39,862 nt of DNA from Octopus bimaculoides (taxonomy: Eukaryota), in NCBI RefSeq assembly GCF_001194135.2, contig NC_068982.1, positions 43,774,458-43,814,319 on the forward strand, read 5' to 3'. The notes below the pieces were generated by a model. The model worked only from the letters and a program-made list of their open reading frames with translations. It made no database searches and was not told the DNA's origin. The translations under genes and the position numbers were made by a program. Numbering within the stretch: the stretch's first letter is position 1; each line of letters begins with the position of its first letter. Below are positions 10,865-21,524 of this stretch, piece after piece.

Positions 10865-11070
10865 TCTGTTTTCCCCCTGCCATCGCTTGACAACCGATGC
10901 TGGTGTGTTTATGTCCCTGTAACTAGCGGTTCGGCAAAAGAGACCGGCATAACAAGCACTAGGCTGACAAAGAATAAGTCCTGGTATCGATCTGTTCGAC
11001 TAAAACACTTCAAGGCAGTGCTCCAGCATGGCCGCAGTGAAACGACTGAAACGTGTAAAAGAATAAAAGA
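10862..11070 (+). mobile_element. SINE-A 3' half following (TG)n
   Basis: ccatcgcttgacaaccgatgctggtgtgttt...agcggttcggcaaaagagacc...gtgctccagcatggccgcagt. Confidence 0.85.
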
Positions 11071-11149
11071 ATAACATTATTATGATAAATTGCTTGTTAG
11101 CTGTAATCAACACAACAATAACGACAATATCAACAATAATTATGATTTC

Positions 11150-11345
11150 AAATTTTGGTGCACAGCCAGCAGAGGGAGGGAGTTGGTTGGTTACATCAGC
11201 CCCAGAACTTGAATGGTACTTATTATATCGACCCCAAAAGAATGAATAGCAAAGATGACCTCGCAAGTATTTGAACTCAGAACGTAAAGAGCGGAAATAA
11301 AGGCCGTGTTTTGTCCAACGTGCCATCAATTCAGCCTGCTTGCCA
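11150..11345 (-). mobile_element. SINE-B, degenerate (head-to-head with next copy)
   Basis: ggtacttattatatcgaccccaaaagaatg...atttgaactcagaacgtaaag. Confidence 0.75.
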
Positions 11346-11373
11346 ACTTAATGTGAATAAATACGCAAAACTG

Positions 11374-11572
11374 AAGGCGCCGAATTGATAGAATCGTTAG
11401 CATACCGGGCAAAATGCTTAGTGACATTTTGTTCGGCCTTACATTCTGAGTTCAAATTCCGCCGAAGTCGACTTTACCTTTCATCCTTTCGGGGCCGATA
11501 AATACCAGTTGAACACTAGGGTCGATGTAATCGACTAGCCCCCTCCTCGAAATTGCTGCGCTTGTGCCAAAT
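11374..11572 (+). mobile_element. SINE-B
   Basis: agaatcgttagcataccgggcaaaatgcttag...ctgagttcaaattccgccgaagtcgactttacctttcatcctttcgggg. Confidence 0.85.
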
Positions 11573-12048
11573 ATTGATATATAGCTAATAAATATACAGA
11601 ACTGAATGTATACCACCAATCCTTATAGGATGATGCTATTGGTCAGTAGCGACCCGCGTCAAACTTGTAGCGGAGCTAAGTTACTCTGGACTAATGTTAC
11701 GAGGATGTATATTAAAAATGGAAGGCGGGAGGGATAGAAAAATTGTTAGTAAAAAGAAAACGGAGGATCGAACCCGGAAGCATGGGTTTAAGAAGCAAAT
11801 CACTTTAATCTCACAGCCACATCTCTTCTCATTTAATTTTGAGATACGCAGATGCAAATAAATACACTTAACACACAATCTCTCTCTCTCTCTATATATA
11901 TATATATCTCAACATGCACACATACACACGCACACTCACACATACATCAGAGAAAGGAAAAGGAGACCTTCCATCTTTCTCGAAGTTAGAGATAACCTCG
12001 TTCACTGCAACATTCCACGACCGTACTAACATCCATCAGCCTCCCTTA

Positions 12049-12335
12049 CGCATCCTCAAGCACCCACGCAGACAGGCAGCCAAGAATGGATCTTGATAAG
12101 CAATTAAAGTTCTCGAAGTACATCTCACTAACGACACTCCGTCCAAACGGAGTCGTCGTCTCAGATTCCACCAGGGTAGGTAATCATTAATCAAGCAGGA
12201 ACTGAATGTGCTCTGGGAAGAACATATGGGAGTTGCTCACGAGAAAAACATTGCTAGATACCAGGAACTTGGTTGAACATCAGAAGCCGAGGCCGGTGGA
12301 TTCATTGTGAGCTAATGGAAGCAAGTTGATGGAGG
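12049..12335 (+). mobile_element. Non-LTR retrotransposon restriction-like endonuclease fragment, HERO-like
   Basis: Frameshifted translation MDLDKQLKFSKYISLTTLRPNGVVVSDSTR..ELNVLWEEHMGVAHEKNIARYQEL..GRWIHCELMEAS matches the DL..QL.FP..I..T.LRPD...ELTVPWEE...AHERK..KY.EL...W..C.P.EVG pattern. Confidence 0.75.
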
Positions 12336-12547
12336 CGATGTGATGCGATGTGAAAAGTAGACAAAAAAGGTGCAGGTGCTTGTTTTATTGAAAAAGTAGA
12401 TGCGAATGTTTTTTGAGTTGGAGTCTACAGTTGTATATCTGTTACATTTGTGTGCTTGTGTCTGAAAGAATTTTTCGAGCCTTTCGGTGTCCGTGTAAGT
12501 GTGCGCCCGTATGTGTGTGATTGTGAGTGTGTGCTCTGTCTGTAATA

Positions 12548-12716
12548 ATTAATCATGCAAGAACTGAATGTGCTCTGGGAAGAACACGAGAATAGCTCAC
12601 GAGAGAAAACATTGCTAGATACCAGGAACTGGTTGAGCAACTGAAGCCGATATGATGCAATCACTTGGCAAACTGATGTGAAGAGTGGACAGGAAGAGTG
12701 CAGATACTTGTTTTAT
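12548..12716 (+). repeat. Partial tandem copy of the HERO-like fragment and its 3' flank
   Basis: gaactgaatgtgctctgggaagaaca...gctcacgaga..aacattgctagataccaggaact occurs at 12199 and 12561. Confidence 0.85.
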
Positions 12717-12772
12717 GTATATGAGAGGAAAGATTGTATAGGTGCTTTGGAGTATATGAATGTGTATATGTC

Positions 12773-12985
12773 AAGGCGGCGATCTGGAAGAAACGTTAGC
12801 ACGCCGGGTGAAATGCTTAGCGTTATTTCGTTTGCCGTTACGTTCTGAATCTCCCCCGAGAACTACGTTAAGGGTACACGTGTCTGTGGAGTGCTCAGCC
12901 GCTTGCACGTTAAATTCACGAGCAGGCTGTTCCGTTGATCGGATCAACTGGAACCCTCGTCGTCGTAACCGACGGAGTGCCAACA
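12773..12985 (+). mobile_element. Chimeric SINE: SINE-B head joined to SINE-C/CRE-type tail
   Basis: aggcggcgatctggaagaaacgttagcacgccggg...gttacgttctga joined to atctcccccgagaactacgttaagggtacac...cgtaaccgacggagtgccaac, followed by (ATGT)n. Confidence 0.85.
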
Positions 12986-13281
12986 ATGTATGTATGTATG
13001 TATGTATGTATGTATAAATAGGGAGTAAGAGCGGATGTGGTGTAGTGGGTGTGTATAGTGATGTACTTAGTTACAAAATTTTGTATGTATGTTTATGAAA
13101 GGGTGTGTAGATAAACCTCACCTACGTGTGTGGTGTGATTTAACGAGTGCATGTACGCATGCGGACATGCGGACGTATTTGTGTTATGAACAGTGTGTTT
13201 GCGAGTACGTGTTTATGCCTATATGTATATATGTATCCGTGCACAGGTGTGCGTGCGTACGTGTGTATGTGTCTGTGTGTG

Positions 13282-13326
<45 letters not shown>

Positions 13327-13797
13327 GTGTGTGTAAGTATTTGTGTTGCTTAAAATTATTCTCGTATGTGGGTGTCGTCAGTGGCTAAAGTATTCGAGTT
13401 TACCGAACCCTAAGGCAGCACTGTGACATCCCTGAGTCATCTATAGCATTTTGTGTGTGTGTGAGGTGGGTGGAGAGCGTGTGCTTGAACGTGTTTGTGT
13501 GTGAGTGTGTATGTAAGTGTACCCGCACATGCACATGCGTGAGTTAGTATGAATGTGCCCGTGCATAGCTTTAAGTTATGCTCGAGTATATTTATTGACT
13601 CACCTGGCCATGGATGTAAGTATGTATGTACGTATGTATATATGCACGTATGTATGTACTAATGTATATATGCATATATGTATGTATGTATGCATGTATG
13701 TATATATGTATGTATGTATGTTTTTTCTTTCAGATTTATTTAAGTTCTTCTTGAGAGTGTTCGAATCGATTGCTAACTAAGCAACAAGGCTTTTTGA

Positions 13798-14020
13798 ACA
13801 TTATTTACATTATTTACAATTTATTTTTTTATTTATTTATTTATGTGTTTCAGCCAAGTGGCTGCGGTCATGCTGGTGCATGACGGATCTTTGTCCCCAT
13901 CTTGTTTGTTGTTATCACAACGTTTCGGCTGATATATCCTCCAGCCTTCATCAGGTGTCTTGGGGGAAATTTCGAACCTGTATTCTCATTCCTAAGGTAT
14001 TTTTCGATGTTGTAATTATT
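13798..14020 (-). mobile_element. Inverted copy of the Penelope terminal unit (no tRNA head); short SINE tail inserted at ~13822-13880
   Basis: Reverse complement reads acaacatcgaaaaataccttaggaatgagaa...ccccaagacacCTGATGAaggctggaggatatatcagccGAAACGTTgtgataacaacaaacaagatggggacaaagatccgtca...tgtaaataatgtaaataatg. Confidence 0.9.
13914..13959 (-). ncRNA. Minimal type I hammerhead ribozyme, core intact
   Basis: gacac-CUGAUGA-a-ggcug(loop)cagcc-GAAAC-GUU-gugau. Stem II 5 bp, stem I with one mismatch, stem III replaced by palindrome AACGUU as in dimeric Penelope-associated hammerheads. Confidence 0.75.
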
Positions 14021-14021
14021 A

Positions 14022-14278
14022 TGGCGTAGTGGTTAAGAGCGCGGGCTACTAACCTCAAGATTCCGAGTTCGATTCCAGGCAGTGACCTAAATAATAATAA
14101 TAATAATAATAATAGTAATAATAATAATAATAGTAATAATAATAGTAATAGTAATAATAATAATAGTAATAATAATAACAACAACAACATCGAAAAATAC
14201 CTTAGGAATGAGAACCCAAATTCGAAATTTCCCCAAGACACCCGATGAAGGCTGGAGGGTATATCAGCCGAAACGTTG
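14022..14278 (+). mobile_element. tRNA head + (TAA/TAG)n + Penelope tail with hammerhead (U4->C), truncated at the ribozyme
   Basis: A box TGGCGTAGTGG 14022-14032; B box 14065-14076; gacac-CCGATGA-a-ggctg...cagcc-GAAAC-GTT-g at 14237-14278. Confidence 0.9.
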
Positions 14279-14284
14279 AAACGA

Positions 14285-15431
14285 GGATATGGCTTTGAAG
14301 TAATTTGCGCCGTAAGCCCAGAATATTACGACGAAATGGAGGAAACTGTGGAATTACCAAACGGTGAAATGCTGAAGTAATGTTGGAGGGGAGACCCCCA
14401 AAATGTTATAGATGCAGTGAAAGAGGGCACCTGAGAAGGAAAGGCTCTAGAGCAGCAGTAGAAATGGTGGAAGAGAGTGTACAGGAAGATATAGTGGTGG
14501 AAAAAAAGCAGAAGCAGAGAACAGAATATGACGGGAATTTGGCGGAGGTAAAACCCAGGAACAGAGAGATAATAAAGTCACCGACGACAGTGGAAGTGAA
14601 GGAGTGTAAGGGAATGGAAGAAGAAACTCAACCCACAACGAGAAACGAAGAAAATTTGCCAGTGGAAGTACCAGCAAAGGAATTAAAAGGACAGAGTCAT
14701 GCAGACAAGAAACAAGACAACCCAGTATTACGGAAACCTAAAGACATAGACACACAGACGAAACACGTAGAGTTGCAGTCAAACAAACACACAAATACAC
14801 GAACACAAAGACTTAAAGAAGGAAATACAAGAACCCATAAAACAGCAGGAAAATAGAAACAAAAAGAGACAACATGAAAAGCACAAACGAAAAGAAAAAT
14901 TATAGTGAGATAGAGCGTCCCAACTTGGAAGGAGTGCAAAATTGAAAGACAGTGTGAGAGATAGAAGTGGTAAGTCATTATAATTTTGTAAAGACTGTAA
15001 CTGAGAGAAATGATTGTTTGAACTTTTTAGAGAAAAAAAAAGGAAAACAAATAAGGTAAATTTTGATACTGTTAAATGAACAGGTTTCCTAGAGTTTTTC
15101 TTTGAACACTGTGATAAACATTTGGTCCTCCTTTAGTTTTAAAAAATAGGAAAAGAAACAAGTAAGGACTGTATGAACATTGGTTTAAAAAGAATTACGG
15201 TAGGGTAAAGCGAAGAGGGAAGTTGCGGTTTCACCTCGGAGCGAGGCTAAATGTTATGTAAAAGTTAGTGGTAAAGGAATACACGGTTTCATCTCGCAAT
15301 GGGAGCGAGATGGCTGGCTCATTTGCATTGTAAATATATTCATTTCACATTCATCCTTCATATATTTTATGTTCCCGCATGTCTTTGTTTGTCTCTTCTG
15401 TAATTAGGCCTTGTGCCTGTAATAAAGAATT
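14285..15431 (+). mobile_element. Tx1/L1-like LINE deletion derivative (ORF1 zinc-knuckle region plus 3' end; ORF2 largely missing)
   Basis: GYGFEVICAVSPEYYDEMEETVELPNGEMLK/VMLEGRPPKCYRCSERGHLRRKG (CX2CX4H knuckle, last Cys lost), a charged low-complexity tail, and 3' end ...ttgtaaatatattc...taattaggccttgtgcctgtaataaagaatt. Clade assignment is an inference. Confidence 0.65.
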
Positions 15432-15442
15432 AAGTGACGCCT

Positions 15443-15512
15443 GCTGGGTTCGGCTGCTCTACATTGATAAGGAGCAAATAGCCCGAAACTAGTCTGTAGA
15501 TGCCAGACCAGC
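15443..15512 (+). ncRNA. Degenerate minimal type I hammerhead, second family
   Basis: ctaca-TTGATAA-ggagc(aaata)gccc-GAAAC-ta-GTC-tgtag. Stem I ctaca/tgtag, extended by ggc/gcc and gctgg/ccagc; palindrome ACTAGT; two core substitutions. Confidence 0.6.
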
Positions 15513-15730
15513 AAGGAGAAGCAGCTGACCTCCCCTGTTTGAAGGTTATAATGGACACAGATTCGTGTGTCACATAGCTAGCTAGAGGCGATGGCCTCTC
15601 AGAGCTAATCAACGGCAAAATTCGTCCTATTTTCCTGGACTGCCATGTTAGCTTGGCGATAACTATTAATATCCAGTACCACTGCCGTAGTCTCCTTTAG
15701 AAAGATTTAGAAATATTAATATATATATAT

Positions 15731-15830
15731 AATCATTCAACGTCCGTCTTTTATGCTGGCATGGGTTGGACGGTTTGACAGGAGCCGACCAGGTAGACGA
15801 CTACACCAGGCTACTGTGTCTGTTTTGACT
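15731..15830 (-). mobile_element. Retroposon 3' tail fragment (unclassified)
   Basis: tcattcaacgtccgtcttttatgctggcatgggttggacggtttgacagg resembles a common LINE/SINE 3' terminus (recognised from memory; no second copy in the window). Confidence 0.5.
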
Positions 15831-16466
15831 TTCGTGTGTGTGTTTATATATGTGGCTGTATTATTGGAACAGAGCATACAGTGCTATTCCTCTTGCGAGG
15901 TCTTGTCCTCTCAGATAGACATACGTTGTTAAGAGCACAGATGTAAATCGCAGCAGACGAGAACCATCTTGCATGGGCGCCGGAACAGCCAGAATACGTG
16001 ATTTCAGCGTACTGCGCATCCTCAGTGGCCAAGGTGCCCAAAGTGCTCTAAGTACTATGTACTGCGACTGAACCTGGAACAATGTTGTGAGGAAGCAAAC
16101 TTCTTACCACACTGTCACCCCCCCCTCTCTCTCTATCTCTCTCTCTCTTTGTGAGTGATAGAGTGTGTGACTGGCCTACTCGTATCCTATGTCTAGCGAC
16201 GCCGCTCTCTCGGAATAAAGCAAGCGTTAAAGAAAGTCTGATTATAAAATAGTACAGAAAAGTTTTATTGCAAGTAATAGTTTTTATTTACAGCTGCACC
16301 TTGTATATTCATATAATAAACTAAAAATTAAACAGAATAGTAATGGAATACGTCTGAAAGAGAGGCAACATCAGCGCACCCCCAAGGCAACGCACCAGTG
16401 TGGGCTTACACATAGTCATAGCTTACTCTCGTGTATTCTAGCTGATTCAGTGATTTGTCATAGTGT

Positions 16467-16518
<52 letters not shown>

Positions 16519-17444
16519 TATACACATACACACACACACACACATGTATATCGTTATGCTACGTATATATGTATGTATGTCATTATTCAGTTTTATTTTA
16601 CGATTTCTTCCCAATAGAGAAAGAGCCGGTTTCTAACCTAGATCCAAAGCTCCTTCAAATAGTGTTTCATCAACATCAACAAGGCATTTTTGCATGTATG
16701 ATTGTATATGTGCAGTATTTGAAGTCAGTGCATGTGCAGATTTGTATGTTTTGTTTTATGTATGTAATCTCATGCATACAGTTGCATGTCTGTCAACTGC
16801 CAAATATCTCGAGTTCATGATTATGAAACATCAACTTAAATTCTGAGTTCTTGAACGCCCTTGATACTTGAGTACGCTTCATACTATGTATGTATGTATG
16901 TATGTATGTATGTATACAGGACCTCCGAGAAAAATCTTGCGATTTAGTAGAAGACGGAGTTTCAAGTACCAATCAAAATAGGCGGAGTGTCTATAGAATT
17001 TCAAGGGTTTTGTCACATTTTTTGATTCGTAAGGAATGGCCTCCTTAGATATTCATAAGCCTACTTTGGCACTTCGGACCTCAGACTGGTGTATCGGTTG
17101 AACACGCCTCGACTACGACCACGTACATGTTCTTACATATACGCACACATATATCCTACATCAACATACACACAAACTCACGTATACATACGCATACAGT
17201 AGATACAAACACATATACTCTCCCTCACACACAAACACGCGTGCGCACACACACAAGCAGACACACTGTTAATTTCGCCAGCCAAGTATCCCGGTATCTA
17301 CTATAAATACACGTACATACACAAATACACATACGCACACACATACATACATATACGCTATACACACGCGTACAATTGCGCATACGCGCGCAATCACACA
17401 CGCACATATTCACACACATATACACGCATACCAACTATTCTTTC

Positions 17445-17649
17445 TTCTCTAGGCACAAGGTCCGAAATTTTGGGGGAGAGGGCCAGTCGATTAGATCACT
17501 CCAATACGTAACTGGAATTTAATTTATCGACCCCGAAGGATGAAAGGCAAAGTCAACCTCGACGGAATTTGAACCCAGAACATAAAGACAGACGGAATAC
17601 TGCTAAGCATTTCGCCCGCCGTGCTAACGTTTCTGCCAGCTGGCCGCTT
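17445..17649 (-). mobile_element. SINE-B, full length
   Basis: aggcacaagg.ccgaaatttt...atcgaccccgaaggatgaaaggcaaagtcaacctcgacggaatttgaac...gtgctaacgtttctgccagctggccgc. Confidence 0.9.
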
Positions 17650-17913
17650 TATGATCTCTTGCTAATAAAACAACGATTACCTCTCAGTTACACTTCCGGG
17701 TTAATCAGAGAACGAGCATGTAAGTTACACGCGTACTTTTTTTTCCTGGCTCACTCCTATTTCTCCTACATTTTTCTCATCTCTTTTCCTCTCTTACTTT
17801 CCCCTCTTCCTTCGTCTTTTCATTTTGTATCCGACACAGGACGATATTTTCACTCTTTAACTTATACTTGATCAGTTGTTGTTCTTCTTCGAGCCAATAA
17901 TATTAGCATCAAA

Positions 17914-18117
17914 TTTTGTCACAAAGCCAGCAATTTCAGGGCAGCGGTTAAATCGGTTACATCGACCCCAGTGCTCAAACGGTACTTATTTCAACGACCT
18001 CAAAAGGATGAAAGTTAAAGTCGACATCAGCGGAATTTGAACTGAGATCGCAAAAACGACGAAATGCCATAAAGCATTTTGCCCCGCGTGCTAACGATTC
18101 ATCCAGGTTACCGCCTT
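17914..18117 (-). mobile_element. SINE-B
   Basis: ggttacatcgaccccagtgctc...gtcgacatcagcggaatttgaactgag...cgtgctaacgattc. Confidence 0.85.
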
Positions 18118-18153
18118 CCTCAAATTAAGAATATTAACTGGACTTTTGTTCTA

Positions 18154-18187
<34 letters not shown>

Positions 18188-18424
18188 ATGAAGTCAAACG
18201 TATTAAATGCTTTGAAAATATTATTTGGTTTGACTTCAATATTACAATTTATACGAATTGACGCAACCACCAATTAGCCTGTCTTGACTCGACTTATGCG
18301 GTTACTCTAACAACGATTTGGAGCTGTTTATTGTGCTTGCCTCAAGGCGAAAATTCTGGTATTATGCATCACTTTTAAGCAAAACATGATATATATATAA
18401 ATATATATATTAAAGTTAGATAAG

Positions 18425-18777
18425 GCCAGTTTATGGGATTACCTTAGATTTCACATCCATAAAGGGCTTGGCTTTATGGCGTATCACCAGATCCCAAAAC
18501 CTGTTGGCTAAAGGCCTCTCTAGAATATGGAGGAGGAAATGAGCTCCTAACTCAATGAAAACAAAGGGGATTATTTCCCCTTGACTATCGATCGCCAATA
18601 TCAACAAAAGAGGTTGTGCCCCTTTGGCTATCGATCTCCGGTGGCCCTGCAAACTCGTGGGTTCCAATAGGATAGCAAGAATTTCTTGAAATGCAAGCAC
18701 AGTCCGAAGACCTCCGTTCTGGAGTTCAGGATGTTCCCTGGGTCAAGGGAATCCTTTAGAATCCTTACCCTTTCCGT
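18425..18777 (-). mobile_element. Penelope-like element 3' end (second family): endonuclease C-terminus plus 3' UTR
   Basis: ERVRILKDSLDPGNILNSRTEVFGLCLHFKKFLLSYW matches the PLE C-terminal EK..I......LN.R.E....C.H..KF pattern; a hammerhead-like fold follows in the 3' UTR. Confidence 0.7.
18429..18500 (-). ncRNA. Type I hammerhead-like motif, third family (A6->G)
   Basis: Minus strand: gttttgggat-CTGGTGA-t-acgccataaag(ccaagcc)ctttatggatgt-GAAA-tc(taa)g-GTA-atcccataaac. Stem I about 10 bp, stem II about 11 bp. Confidence 0.65.
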
Positions 18778-19032
18778 TATGCATATATATATATTTGTAT
18801 GTATGTGTGTGTATGCGCGCGCGCGTATGTGTGTGTACTTACACACCCACACACACACAATAAAAAGTTGCACAGAAAGTCGACAAAATAACTCGTGAAA
18901 AATACACAAAAGCCGTGGACACGCTTATCCCTCAAAAATCATCGACCAAAGATCATTACAATTTCACGTCATTATTCGATAAGATAGTTTATTTTGGTGC
19001 TATCAACAGCGAAAATGCTGTTGTATATGTGA

Positions 19033-19072
<40 letters not shown>

Positions 19073-19180
19073 GTTATTTAAAACAGCTTGATTCGGCTCC
19101 ATGCGACTTAGAGTTTCAAGGGCCTCTCTCTCTCTTTCTTCCTCTCTCTTTCTTCCTCTCTCTTTCTTCCTCTTTCTTTC

Positions 19181-19227
<47 letters not shown>

Positions 19228-19796
19228 ACTCACCCACACATAAAGACATACACGAACACTCACACACATACACACGGATACACACACGAGTTCACACTTT
19301 TGCGTATATTCATGCGGTGGGGATGGATTGTCACATTTTAATCGAGAGGAATAAACAGAAGAGAATGAAGTTCTGTTTGTAAAAAGACTACAGACATTCA
19401 TAGTTTTGCTTCGTATTTCTGTCTCGTTTTGAGCAACAATTCCTGGATAATTATTTAAGGTTTTACTCGCTAATGGGCCAAATCAAATTAAAACTGATTC
19501 CTGACCTTTAAATATGGACCAATGGGTTTAAAGGTCGAATATTTAGTTAATAATATGTTGACAAGTTGCATCGCTGTTTTCACTTACACTGCTAGATTTT
19601 GATAAATTTCCACTAGACTCTGCTTAATTTAAAACGTTATACTCTTATTCACCTCCAAAATAAATAAATAAAAAATCTGTCTCCTACACAACCTGCTCTT
19701 GCTTATTTCCGCCGTTGTTTGTTAGATACAAACAAAATACCATTAGGAGTTTCCATGAAGAGAGGAAGAACAAGCCTTAACAAGATGACAATATAC

Positions 19797-19848
19797 GGAT
19801 GGACAGACAGACAGATAGACAGATAGATAAACAGACAGACAGACAGAC

Positions 19849-19910
<62 letters not shown>

Positions 19911-19969
19911 GTTCACTGACAGACAGGCAGACAGACGGACGGACGGTCGGGCGGATCGATGGATGGATG

Positions 19970-20020
<51 letters not shown>

Positions 20021-20105
20021 GCATACATACATAAACTGACAGACAGACAGACTAGCAGGCAGACAGACAGGCAGGCAGAGATAGATTGATAGACAGACAG
20101 ATAGA
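19797..20105. repeat. (GATA)n/(GACA)n/(GATG)n compound repeat
   Basis: Read directly from sequence. Confidence 0.95.
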
Positions 20106-20368
20106 CATATCGGATGAAAGAGATACATTACATCAATATTAAGCCTCATAACTAATTGGACCATTGAAATAATGAGTTTAACAGAAGCCATCCTTCTCTG
20201 CGCTGTACCCACTCAAGTTAAACTCATTGGCGTTTATTTTACAGTTTTACTGATCACAGCGTACATTACTAAATTGTTTTACCCCTGAGTTACATATTTA
20301 CGGTTGTTTTATGTCTTACGTCTGCTTCTCCGAACTGGTATGGGTTTGACGGAAACTTTTTTGAGGCG

Positions 20369-20422
<54 letters not shown>

Positions 20423-21524
20423 NNNNNNNNNNNNNNNNNNNNNNNNNNNNNNNNNNNNNNNNNNNNNNNNNNNNNNNNNNNNNNNNNNNNNNNNNNNNNN
20501 NNNNNNNNNNNNNNNNNNNNNNNNNNNNNNNNNNNNNNNNNNNNNNNNNNNNNNNNNNNNNNNNNNNNNNNNNNNNNNNNNNNNNNNNNNNNNNNNNNNN
20601 NNNNNNNNNNNNNNNNNNNNNNNNNNNNNNNNNNNNNNNNNNNNNNNNNNNNNNNNNNNNNNNNNNNNNNNNNNNNNNNNNNNNNNNNNNNNNNNNNNNN
20701 NNNNNNNNNNNNNNNNNNNNNNNNNNNNNNNNNNNNNNNNNNNNNNNNNNNNNNNNNNNNNNNNNNNNNNNNNNNNNNNNNNNNNNNNNNNNNNNNNNNN
20801 NNNNNNNNNNNNNNNNNNNNNNNNNNNNNNNNNNNNNNNNNNNNNNNNNNNNNNNNNNNNNNNNNNNNNNNNNNNNNNNNNNNNNNNNNNNNNNNNNNNN
20901 NNNNNNNNNNNNNNNNNNNNNNNNNNNNNNNNNNNNNNNNNNNNNNNNNNNNNNNNNNNNNNNNNNNNNNNNNNNNNNNNNNNNNNNNNNNNNNNNNNNN
21001 NNNNNNNNNNNNNNNNNNNNNNNNNNNNNNNNNNNNNNNNNNNNNNNNNNNNNNNNNNNNNNNNNNNNNNNNNNNNNNNNNNNNNNNNNNNNNNNNNNNN
21101 NNNNNNNNNNNNNNNNNNNNNNNNNNNNNNNNNNNNNNNNNNNNNNNNNNNNNNNNNNNNNNNNNNNNNNNNNNNNNNNNNNNNNNNNNNNNNNNNNNNN
21201 NNNNNNNNNNNNNNNNNNNNNNNNNNNNNNNNNNNNNNNNNNNNNNNNNNNNNNGAATAATCAAGCTGAGATTTAGGATTGGTTATTATGTAAGGAAACA
21301 GATCATATAAGTTCGTGTCTAATAGATATTATAGACAATCCACAAAGTCTGGTACACGTTCGTGGTACAATGTAATAGTTTTACATGAACTTTTGCAGGT
21401 ATAATATATAACCATTATATTTCTTGAAAATTTCAGTTAACATAGTTTAATTCTTGTTCAACATCTTAACCAAAGTAAATAGATGACTCATCTACGTACT
21501 TTGATCTTAACATGGGGTCCCTCA

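Noticed and set aside
20243-20337. AG...GT-bounded candidate exon
   Set aside because: Stops in all three frames and no other support.
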